Shown here: one piece after another, positions 34,870-45,600 of the stretch
Layout: each line of letters opens with the position of its first letter
How positions within the stretch are numbered: position 1 is the first letter of the stretch
The notes under the pieces: model-generated
Told to the model about the DNA's origin: nothing
Seen by the model: the letters and a program-made list of their open reading frames with translations, nothing else
Databases searched by the model: none
Source of the DNA: Gracilinanus agilis
Taxonomy: Eukaryota
Length of the DNA: 64,000 nucleotides
Reading direction: 5' to 3'
NCBI RefSeq assembly: GCF_016433145.1
Contig: NC_058134.1
Span: 1,513,459 to 1,577,458, forward strand
Made by a program: the position numbers and the translations under genes

Positions 34870-36711
34870 CTGAGGGAGGCCCCCGTGAAGAGCTCAGGAA
34901 TGGGTGGGACAGAATTCCTCGGCCTCATTTATTCATTCAGACCACAGGGGCCCCTCTGGGAGTGCCCACCTCCTGCCCCATGGAGTTGGCACCTCCCTGA
35001 CAGATGGGGCACCTTCCTCCTCAGGTGCCGCACAACACACGGCTCCTTCATTCATTCTCTCCTGCCTAGATTCCACCTACATTGCTGGGGCAGAGGCTCC
35101 AGGTCAGGCCCTGGGGGAGAGTCCGAGGGGCTGACTGGAGGCCCAGGGTGGTACCCTGAGAGCAGAGTCCTGCCAGCCCCTCCCCTGGCACTTAGCAGAG
35201 GGTCCCAGGACCTGCTAGACATAATTGTTCCCAAACCCTGTCGGTCCCCTCCCTCTCTGGCTCTTTGGAAACTGAGGAAAGTCAGGAAAGCTGTTGGGAG
35301 CCGGACAGCAAGGTTTGCTTTCCTTTAAGCTTCCCTGATGGGAGGAAGAGCGCAGACAGAAGGGGGGCTTCCTTTCAGGCCTGGCATCTCTCTCCTGTAG
35401 GGCCTGGTTGGGCAGCCTCTAGGCCAGAGCCACACAGGGAGGGGAGCCCACCGATCCTCGTTCCAGTGGGGAGGCCCAGCGCCAAGCCCTCCATCTCAGG
35501 AGCTCTGAAGAGTCTGAGCAGACGAGAAGACTCCCCCAGAAAGTGTGCCTGCCTTCTACAGATGGGTTCAAGTCCAGGCCCTCCAGAACTCCCCAGAGAG
35601 GGCAGCCCCTCTCCCTCCAGCCCTCCTCCCACTGCCCACCCTCCTCATTGTTCAGAGCTGCCTCATTCGTGTGGTCCAGGTGCGAGCTCTGGGCCCCCAG
35701 AAGCTCTCCAAAGCAGGAGCCTCTTGGATTCAGAAGGGATGCCACCGGTCCTGCGGGGCATCTTCCACTGAGCCCTGAGAGCGGAGCCGAGCCGTTCCCC
35801 GCGTGAGCCGACGGCAGCCCTGGCCTCTGACGGTCCATCTTCCCCTTGGTCCGCAGCCTTCTTGGCCCGCGAGTCAGAGATGCCCCCGACGAGCCCTTCC
35901 TTAAGACGAGATTGCCAGCTGATGGTGCGCCAGTGGGGATTCGGTTTGGGGCTCAGGAGCATCCCTGATGTTTGCAGCGTCCAACTGGGCCTGCGGGGAG
36001 ATTCTAGCTCTCTGGTCATTCCGACAGGTCCCTGCTCAGCTTGGCCCAAGTCAGAGGAGTGGGATGGCAAGGAGAGTCGGCCGGGACTCTGAAGGCCCGG
36101 GATCGAAGAGCAGCTCCGCTTCCCTCCCGTGTAAGCACCTTCCTCCTCTGCCACAGTAGATGACCAGGACGCTCGGGGAAGCGGAGGGGTGGGCTGCAGC
36201 TGCTCAGGAGCGGGCTCCTTCCCATGACGCCCTCCCAGGACTCCCAGCTGTTGTCCGAGTTCTCCAAGACTTACGTTTCCTGAAGCCTTTTTCCTTTTCC
36301 AGGGGGGCGTGAGTGCGGGCCGAGTGGCACCGGGGTTTCCATCTGGCTCATGTTCCCTCACTTAGCTCCAACATTTCAGGGTGCTCCCTCACCTACCCCC
36401 ACACTCCAAAACCTTCCACAGTTGCCACAAATGGCACAGGAACCCTGCAGTCCACAAGTCATCAATCCCTCTACTCTGAGTGGGTTTGCCTGGGTGCCCT
36501 CAGGAAGCCTCTAGGCCAGAGCCAGCCTCTGATTTCTGCAGCGTGCATAGAAGCTGCCCATCCACACCGTGTCCGTGGGGCGAGGCTCCTGGCACTTTGT
36601 CCACTGCAGGGAGAGCACACAGACTTGTTGGTCTAACCCTTGGGTGAGAGTTTTCCTCCCAACGTGAACCAACTGGTTATCACTCTGTGGGAATGCTCAT
36701 TACTTAGCCAA

Positions 36712-36898
36712 TAGGTGTTAAACATACCACTGGCATGTGGCCCGCAACACGCCACGTATAGTCCAAACCAGATTAAAATGTCGTTTCTCTCCACTTTTTT
36801 AATGTGTTGGGCCATTGATTAAAAAAGAAACATCAAACCACACAGTTTTCCAAGCCAATGCTTTGGCCCCCATTTCTATTTGAGTTTGGCACCGATGT
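36712..36898. mobile_element. Non-autonomous hAT DNA transposon (MITE) remnant
   Basis: Imperfect terminal inverted repeats aggtgttaaac ... gagtttggcaccgatg (CAGTGGTGTCAAAC-type), with internal atgtggcccgc and ccagattaaaatgt motifs that resemble marsupial hAT MITEs as I recall them. Confidence 0.6.
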
Positions 36899-38016
36899 CC
36901 AAGCTCCTTTTTTGCCACTCACGGCTTCTGAAAACTATTTGTCTGATGCCAGCTAGAATGCTGCCACCAAATCCCCTTACAAGCACCAGCTCACAAAGCT
37001 CACAAAAGAAATGTGTGAATTGGCAAGTATAAGAACTTGTTCATGGGGCTTTCATCCAAGCCCATAGCCAAGCCTCCCCGAGAGGATGGCAAACCAACTG
37101 CTCCCATCTCCCATGTGGCCTCTCCATGCAGATGGCTTCGTGCTTTGGGGGTCTTGTTGCACTTCTCTTCATTGCCCAAGAGAATGTGCTCGAGGTCCTC
37201 TCACAGAACTCGGGGTGGAGGTCTCCCTCCCCATAGAACTTCTTTGGTGCTGCTTTCCTCGTGTCCCAGGGCAGGCAGGCAGGCAGGCGATTATCTCCAG
37301 GAGATCCCTCCTCCACCACTTTCATCCCTCCCTCCCTCTGGGTCCTCAAGAATCCCCCTCTGGGCTTCTCATTCTTGCATTCTGCCAGCTCTTTGCCTTC
37401 TCTGGGCAGGAGAGGGAGGCTACCTTTCAGGAGAAGGACTACCCTCCCCACAGACTCTTAGAACCCCTCCCCGCTTTAGGACTCAGAACTCCCTGGGAGA
37501 AATCACGGGCAAAATCTCTCTGGTTTTCTGAGATTCCACCCGGCTTCCCCTAATCCTCGGACATCTGGACTAGGAGAGATGAGAGGGGAGAGCTCCCCAC
37601 AGCAGTGCAGGAAACAACGATGGCCTTGTGGTTCCTACATTCCATAGCATATTTGTTTGAGGATAAATTATGGAGTCATCGGGATGATCTCATTTCCTCA
37701 TCTTTTGATGTTCAGATAAAAATCATCTGGGGACAAGCCACAATCCTGCTATGGTTTCCTCGATGTAACATTCCCGAGACTCTCCTGGTGCTCTGTAGGG
37801 CAGCTGCTCTTCTGTAATTAAATAAGAATACTGGGCTGTCGGAAACTCATTGTTTTCAGGCTTTCTGGCAGCACCGTCGACCTCGCTCCAGAGTGGGCCA
37901 GATGTCCGAACGATGTCCTTCTCAGCCTGCTTCCATGTGCTTTTTATGTTATCTACATCTCTTTGAATGAAATGAAAGTTTCTCACTTCCTGTAGCTTAG
38001 AAATGATGAGTATTGA

Positions 38017-38192
38017 GGGGCAGCTAGGTGGTTCAGTGGCTAGAGAGCCAGCTCTGGAGATGAGAGGTCCTTGTTTTGAATCTGGTCTCAGATACTTCCT
38101 ACAATGTTGACCCTAGGCAAGTCACTTAACCTCAGTTACCTGGCACTTGCCTCTGTCCTACCTTAGAATTGATACTCAGACAGAAGGTAAAG
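38017..38192 (+). mobile_element. Marsupial SINE followed by a (GAAG)n tail (to about 38305)
   Basis: ggggcagctaggtggttcagtgg...ggcaagtcacttaacc...cttagaattgatac. Confidence 0.9.
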
Positions 38193-39182
38193 GGAAAGAA
38201 GGATGGAAGGAGGGAGGGAAAGGAGGAGAAGAGGAGGGAGAGAAGGAAGGAATAGAAGGAAGGAAGGAAGGAATAGAAGGAAGGAAGGAATAGAAGGAAG
38301 GAAATCACATTTGGGTTCCAAAAGTCCCCTTGACTGGAGAAGGATGGGGAGGGGGTATGAGTGAACAGCAATTTTTTGGGGGAAAACTCTGACCATCTGA
38401 GGGGGAGGCTCAATCAATGAGTGGCAACAGTGGGATCGCCCCCCCCCAAATGGTACTGAAATATTCAGTCTCATTGAGATATACCCATTGCCCAGGAAGT
38501 GAAGGAGGGGAAACCATGGGGTGCCATGTCCTTGGACAAGCCTAGAGAAGAGGAAGAGGAAAAGGAAGGGAGGAAGACTTCCCATGTTTGAAGACCAGAA
38601 CAAGGATCCAGAGGAACCTCCTTGTGGGGAATGTGGCATAGAGGACGAATCCTGATCAAATGTAGGTCACATCAAACATCTCTGAGGTCCTTTCTAGCCT
38701 TGTGATTCTCAGAAAGAGACCAGGGAGATCCCAGAAGGCATCAGCTCAGGGAGGAGTATAAAATCAAGGAAGAATTCATTGAGGATGAATTAAAACAGAA
38801 GGTGGGTCATCATCTTGTCCATTAATAACAGCAGAGGGATGGAGTGTAAGGATGATTGTGCCCATTTTTCAGATGAGGAAATTGAGCAATATTCCCAGTT
38901 ATCCCTTTTTAGAAGCTCCTTGAAGACAGAGACCCTTGAGGTTTTTACTTCTGAATCCTCAGTGTCTGGTACCAGTAGGCGATTAAGAAATGCTTGTTGA
39001 ACTGAGTTAAGTTTCTCTCTGGCCGAAGGCAGAATTCAGATTTGAATTCAGGTTTCCCAATATCGAGTCCTGCATCCTAGTCACTCAGCCACACTCCCTC
39101 TCAGGATGCCAGGAGCTGAGATGATGGAGTGTGGGGGTGGGAGGGGGAGGAGTGACTTTGGGAGGAGGCATGGTCTAGATAG

Positions 39183-39375
39183 AGGCAGCTAGGTGGCACA
39201 GTGGAGAGAGTGCCAGGCCTGGAACTTCTTGAGTTCAAATCTGACTTCGGAGTCTTCTTAGCTGTGACCCTAGGCAAGTCATTTAACCTTGTTTGCCTCC
39301 ATTTCTCATCTGTAAAATGAACTGGAGAAGGACACGCCAAGGCTTTCTAGCATCTTGACCAAGAAAACCCCAACA
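39183..39375 (+). mobile_element. MAR1/MIR-like SINE
   Basis: ggcagctaggtggcacagtggagagagtgccaggcctgg...ttctcatctgtaaaatgaactggagaagga. Confidence 0.9.
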
Positions 39376-41399
39376 ACTACTAATGACCACCTCAAGGTCC
39401 AATAAGGGCATCCACAAAGCAGGAAGGCAGGGGCTCAGCCAGGCTAGCTGAAGCTCAGTGTGTGTGTGGAGAGAAATGATGTAATCTGCCTAGTCTTGAA
39501 TGCCGAACCACGGAGCTCCTGTTTGATAAACATTAGGGAGGCAGAATCATTTTTTGAGGGAAAAGGTAAAATGAGTTACTTAGGCCAGGAGAGTCACTGA
39601 AGTGGAAAGTGCCCGGGACCTCCTGCTAAATACAGGGGCTCCAGTCCTCTCCCGTCACGAGCTTCCAGGATGGGGGAGTCCTGAGGGAAGGTGACATACC
39701 AGATGTACTCAGAGGGGAGGCCCTGAACCGTTCTGGTGGGGTCTTGGAGAGAAATAGGCAGGTGAAGAGGGAGGACGCTCATGGCCAAGCCTGGCCAGCA
39801 GTAGGGAGATCCCCGGGTATGGTAGGGATAATATTCAACAGGCTGCTCTCTGTTCAGCAGCTGGATAGCACTTCCCTCTGGGGAGGGTCAGAAAGCTGAC
39901 TGTTGGAATTCCCAACTGAAAACAGGCCTAAACCCCTGTTTCTTTGAGGATGTATTTTTCAATATCCTCCTCAGCCAGGAAACAAACCCAACCGTCAGAA
40001 CTAGACAGTGAGAATTCTTCTTGGAGACGATGGACGAGACTGGCAACCAGACCTTAGCAAGAGGTAACTCTTTTCATCTAAAGGTAACAGGAATATCTTG
40101 AGGGAGTGAGGATCAAGGATTGCTGGGGGAGGAGAGAGGTTAAAAGGAGCAAGCTAAACTGAAATCTACTTGATAAACAGCTGGGCAGATCCCCTTAGGG
40201 AAAAGCCTTGAAAGGAATTCTGCCACCCTGGCTTGGCACCCTTGGCCTAGTAGCTGAGCTAAACTTGGCTGATTATAAACCTCTGTTGATCTTCAGAGAT
40301 GACTTTCTGGATGGTTTTGATGGACACGGCTGTGGATGAGGATCCAATATAATTTCAGATTTCAGTACTGAACAATTGACCCTAAAATGTGCCAGCTAGC
40401 ATAAGTCTGTGGTGAAGCTTCTCGGACTGGCTGGAGAGCTTTTCCCTTTCCACGCTTTGCCACCCACCTAACTCACAACGGAGTCCCTTTGCCTTGGGGT
40501 GATCTCCTGTTTATAGGGGTTCCAACGGTCTTCCACTGTCTCATGCCAGCTTTGGGCATTCTAAAATCTGCTACAGTTGGCACAAGATGGCTACTGGCAA
40601 AAGCTATTTAGAATACAAGATGGTCATTTGCAAAAGCTATTTACAGTATCGGTGCAAAGGGTAGGTGGCAGAGGGAAGAGCAAGGCTCTGGACGCTCAGG
40701 AGTGGGGAGAGTGGTTTCACTTGGAGCCAGAAGTGCCCACAGGAGGCACTGCCCTGGGAATTCTGGTCAGCCTTGGGGAGGAGGAGCAGCCCCCAAGGGC
40801 TCCTGCCAGCCAATGTGCCCTCCGTGGGTGTGGGTGAGCACTGGGTACCCTGGCAAAGACGGAGGACCTGAGCCAGACCCCTGAACTCAAGAGCTAAGTC
40901 TGGACCTCCCTGACCCACTGAACCCAGCCTATCCTTGACATCAGGGCCCTAGACTTGGCCCTCCCACTGGGGCACCGGGCAGAGCCAGGAGCCTTCCTGA
41001 CCTCTGCTGCGGACTGCCCCGACCACTTTGCGAATGGCCTGGGCACCACCTAGTGGGCACAGATGGGATGTTCCCAAGCCTGAGCCTGACGCGGGTAGGG
41101 GCTCCCGGGCAGTTGTCTGGCTGAGCCCCACCTGCCCCTGCTGGGCCTTGGGGGCGGCCCCAGCATAGGGCAGGAAAGGGAGCTGCCAGACTTCCATTCT
41201 CCGCGCATTTATGGAGCGCCAACCACGTACCTGGCCTTACTGGGAGGCCAATTGAGGGGGGAGCCCTCCGCTGAGCGCGCGGGAGTGGGGGCGCAGAGCT
41301 CTGCACCCGGGGTCATTAGGTTCGATGGATTTACAGAGAAGGAAACCGAGGCCGGGCTCGAATCTGCTTCTTCCTCACTGGACGGCCCGGGTCCCAAGA

Positions 41400-42250
41400 G
41401 GCCCCCTCCTTAGGCCATCTCTAGACCAGACCTGTCCCGTTCGGGGGCCGCCCCTTCACTCCCGCACCCATCCCTGCACCAGCCCCCACACCAGGCTGAA
41501 GAACCGAGGAGAGGGTGAGGACTCTGGCTAGACGTAAGCGGGGCCTGAGGCTAGGGGCGGGATGTAGGCGGGACCACGAGTGAAAAGGAGAGCGCAGGCC
41601 CGGCCCGGGGGCGGGACCGAGGCGGGGCCAGGATTGAAGGAGAGGGCGCAAGGCGATGTGGGGGCGGGGCCTGGAGCGAGGGGTGGGACCGAGGCGGGGC
41701 TAGAAGCGAGGGCAGAGCGCGTGGGGCTGGCAGGGGGCGGGTACAGGGCAGGGCCACGATCCAGGGGTGGAACCCAGTGGGGCGGGCACACATACCGGCT
41801 TTGGAGGAGAAAAGGGCGGGGAGATACGGAGTGCGCATGCACCATGGGGGTAGGGGTGTGGTGGGGCGTGCGCAGTAGGTTCTTTGACCCGCTGGGCTTC
41901 CGTAGTGGGCTGTGCGCGTGTGCAGAAGCCCCGCCAAGGCGGCGGGGGCTAGAGTGGAGTGAGTGTGCGGCCGAAGCGGTCCTCCCTGCTCCACCAGGTG
42001 AGCCCGGGCGAGCGGCGGCCGCGGCGAGTCCTGGGCCCAGGGCCACAGCGCTCTCGGGGTGGGCTCGCTGCTGCTCCCTTGACCAGCCAGGGGACCCTTG
42101 GAGAGCTTTCCGGAGCCCGTGCTCCCGGCCCCCCTCCATCCCCGGCCCCTAGCCCTCTTGGTTCGAAGTGCGGCCCCTTCCCCTCCCACCTATCCCAGCC
42201 TCCGGCCGCTCGCAGGCCCCGACGCCTTTCCCCCGGGTTCGAACTAGGCT
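41400..42250 (+). promoter_or_regulatory. MIOS CpG-island promoter and probable non-coding exon 1 (donor after 41997)
   Basis: CpG-dense, with at least 6 GC boxes (GGGCGGG) at 41555-41740, an NRF1-like TGCGCATGCAC at 41832-41842, and CCAG|gtgagc at 41998. Confidence 0.7.
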
Positions 42251-42699
42251 GAATTTCGAACCCTGCTGAGCTGAGGCAGCACTTATTGGGCGTCTGCTGT
42301 GTGCTAGGCACCCAGTACCATTGGGAGCCCCTGCGGCTGCGGTGGGGGGAGCCAGCACCTGCTCTATGACAGGAAGGCTCCCTGCCTTGAGGGATGTGGG
42401 GTGGGGACAGGGGCCCCTGCAGCTCAGAGACACACAGCATGCCAGAAGCCTCGGGGTGGGGGGGATTGTTGGGGGGTGTCTGGGGCAGTCTTAGTGGAGA
42501 CAGTTAAGCCAGGAAGCGCCGTCATGTCCCCCATCCCCCTCCCCGTGAAGGGGCTTTAGCCCATGTCTGCAGGGCCAGATAGCCAATGGGACCCAGGAGT
42601 GCCTTGACCCTGTCCTGACCTCCTTTCTCTTTTCTGCTCAGGAGAAGCTGCTTCTCCCCTTCCCCCCACCGCTCCCTTTCCCCACAGAGGTCAGCCAGC

Positions 42700-45600
42700 A
42701 TGAGTGGCTCGAAGCCAGACATCCTGTGGGCACCACACCAGGTGGACAGGTTTGTGGTGTGTGACTCAGAGCTGAGCCTTTACCATGTGGAGCCCGTGGG
42801 CAGCTCGGAACTCAAAGCAGGCTCTCTGAGGCTGTCTGAAGACTCCGCGGCCACCCTCCTGTCCATCAACTCAGACACCCCGTACATGAAGTGCGTGGCC
42901 TGGTACCTCAGCTATGACCCCGAGTGTCTGCTGGCTGTGGGCCAGGCCAACGGCCGTGTGGTCCTCACCAGCCTGGGCCAGGACCACAACTCCAAGTTCA
43001 AAGATCTGATCGGGAAGGAGTTTGTCCCCAAACATGCCAGGCAGTGCAACACCCTGGCCTGGAACCCGCTGGACAGTAGCTGGCTGGCCGCTGGCCTGGA
43101 CAAGCACCGTGCTGACTTCTCTGTGCTCATCTGGGACATCTGCAGCAAGTACAGCCCCGAGACCACGGTGCCTCTGGAGAAGGGGAGGCTGGCTGCCGCA
43201 GGGGACACTGAGGCCGGGCTGGTGGTGACCAAGCCCCTGTATGAACTGGGCCAGAACGACGCCTGCCTGTCTCTGTGCTGGCTGCCTCGAGACCAGAAGC
43301 TCCTCCTCGCCGGCATGCACCGGAACCTGGCCATCTTTGATCTCCGCAACACCAGCCAGAAGATGTTTGTGAACACCAAAGCTGTCCAGGGAGTGATGGT
43401 GGACCCCCACTTCCACGACCGTGTGGCTTCTTTCTACGAAGGCCAGGTGGCCATCTGGGATCTGCGCAAGTTTGAGAAGCCCGTGCTGACCCTGACAGAG
43501 CAGCCCAAGCCCCTCACCAAAGTGGCCTGGTGCCCCACAAGAACGGGGCTGCTGGCCACCCTGACGAGGGACAGCGACATCATCCGGCTGTACGACATGC
43601 AGCACACGCCCACACCCATAGGAGATGAGACTGAGCCGACCATCATTGAGCGCAGCGTCCAGCCCTGCGACAACTACATCGCCTCCTTCGCCTGGCACCC
43701 CACCAGCCAGAACCGGATGATCGTGCTGACGCCCAACCGGACCATGTCCGACTTCACTGTGTTTGAGCGCATCTCCCTGGCCTGGAGTCCAGTCACCTCC
43801 CTGATGTGGGCCTGCGGCCGTCACCTCTATGAGTGCGCCGAGGAGGGTGGCGGCGACCCCTCTCTCGAAAAGGACATCGCCACCAAGATGCGCCTCCGGG
43901 CTTTGTCCCGCTACGGCCTGGACACCGAGCAGGTCTGGAGAAACCACGTGCTGGCAGGGAACGAAGACCCCCAGCTGAAGTCCCTCTGGTATACTCTGTA
44001 CTATATCCTTTGAACTGAGGCCCTGTGGTGTGAGTGCCCACGGAGACCGGCAGCCGGCCGGCCCATGGAGGAGGGCCTAGCCGCGACATGCCGCCCTGTT
44101 GTGTGGGAGGGAGAAGTGGGTCTTGGTGGGCCCCGGAGCAGCCTCAGCACCCACAAAGTCTGTACCACTTGGCTCCTTCAGAAGGAAACGTGGGCTAGTT
44201 TTCTGAGAGCTCCTTCCAGCCAGCCGTAGTATTTCCTATGCATTTCAATACTCATGAAGCAGTACACCGAAGACTTGGGCCCGAAATCCCCCGGCCACAA
44301 AGGCTCGCTGGTTTACGCAGGCATTAAAACCATCGTGAAGTCGTCTCTGGGTAAGGACTGCCGCTTCGTGATTGGGGAGGATTCTCGGCAGGGATGTCTT
44401 CAGGGGGCTCCCTTTAGCTGTCTTATTACAGGATGCTAAGATTACAAGTGGAGAGAGGGGGCAGCACCTAGTGGAGAGCCAGGCCTAGAGATAAGAGGTC
44501 CAGATCTGGACTCACACTTCCTAGCTGGGTGACCCTGGGCAAGTCACTTCTCCACTGTCTAGTGTTCACCGTTCTCCTGCGCTGGAACCACTACCCATGT
44601 TGAGTGTGAAGCAGCGGGGGAGTGTTTAAAACAATAGATGTGGTCAGCCTTTGTAGCCAGATGCTTTCTGGGGGGAGGGGAGGGGGCTGGGGCCAGGCCT
44701 CTTGGATAAACTGGCTTGTGACCCGGACCTTGAACGAGGCAGGTCGTTAGCACGTTACATAGGCCCCTGCACATAGTAGAGCTTTTGTCCTGACCTCGGC
44801 CCTGAGTGTGCTCCGGTTCTCTCCTGCCTTGTGCTCCCTCCCCTCTGGCCCAGCTCAGGCCCAGGACAGGAAAGGGTCTGTGCCAACCGCCCTTGGAGAA
44901 GCAGCCAGGCTGGTTTTTGCTTGGTGGGCTTCAGGCCTTGTCTTTAAACCATTTCCTTGAAAGGAGAATCTCACTTTCGACTGAGCTCTCAGAGTTGTAG
45001 CTTTGGTTGCCTGGCCAAAAAGAGCGAGGAAAAATGATCCCTGGAATTTTGGGGCCCGGAGTTGCCTTATTGTAGAAATCAGAAGATGAATTCACCCTCC
45101 TAGACTGAGTTGGTCGTCCTAGAGAGCCCCAATGACACACACACACCCCGACAGGAGACTGAGACCCAGACCTCGGCCTCCCAGGGAGTCTGACTGGTGG
45201 GGAAGCCCCTGGCTTGGTGGAAGCATGGATGTGTCTGCTCCTTGGTGAATGGGGCTGCAGCTTCCTTACTCCAGGCTGAGGAACACGTACCCCCGAGGGG
45301 ATTTTGTGACTAAACTTAGCTCAGAGGCCCCTCTTAGGGCAGACCTTTTTCTGGAGGGAGATGGGAATGTTTTTTAAGCTCTCTACTCCCCCTCAGAATG
45401 GGGCCAAGCCTTTGCCCACCCTCCCAGTCCAGCAGGCTCCTCGCCTTCTTCTCTTTGTTGTGACATAACCAAGAACTTAGAAGGAAGAAGCCAAAATCTA
45501 AAATATTTAGAACCATTTTTTTAGTCACAGCTTCTTGGACCTAACCCTTTAGAATCTTAATTATCATTTTCATTTTGAATTAAGAAAAGATGAGGGGCAG

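Noticed and set aside
42871-43947. 358-aa antisense ORF over the large MIOS exon
   Set aside because: It is the typical stop-free antisense frame of GC3-rich coding sequence, with no recognisable domain.
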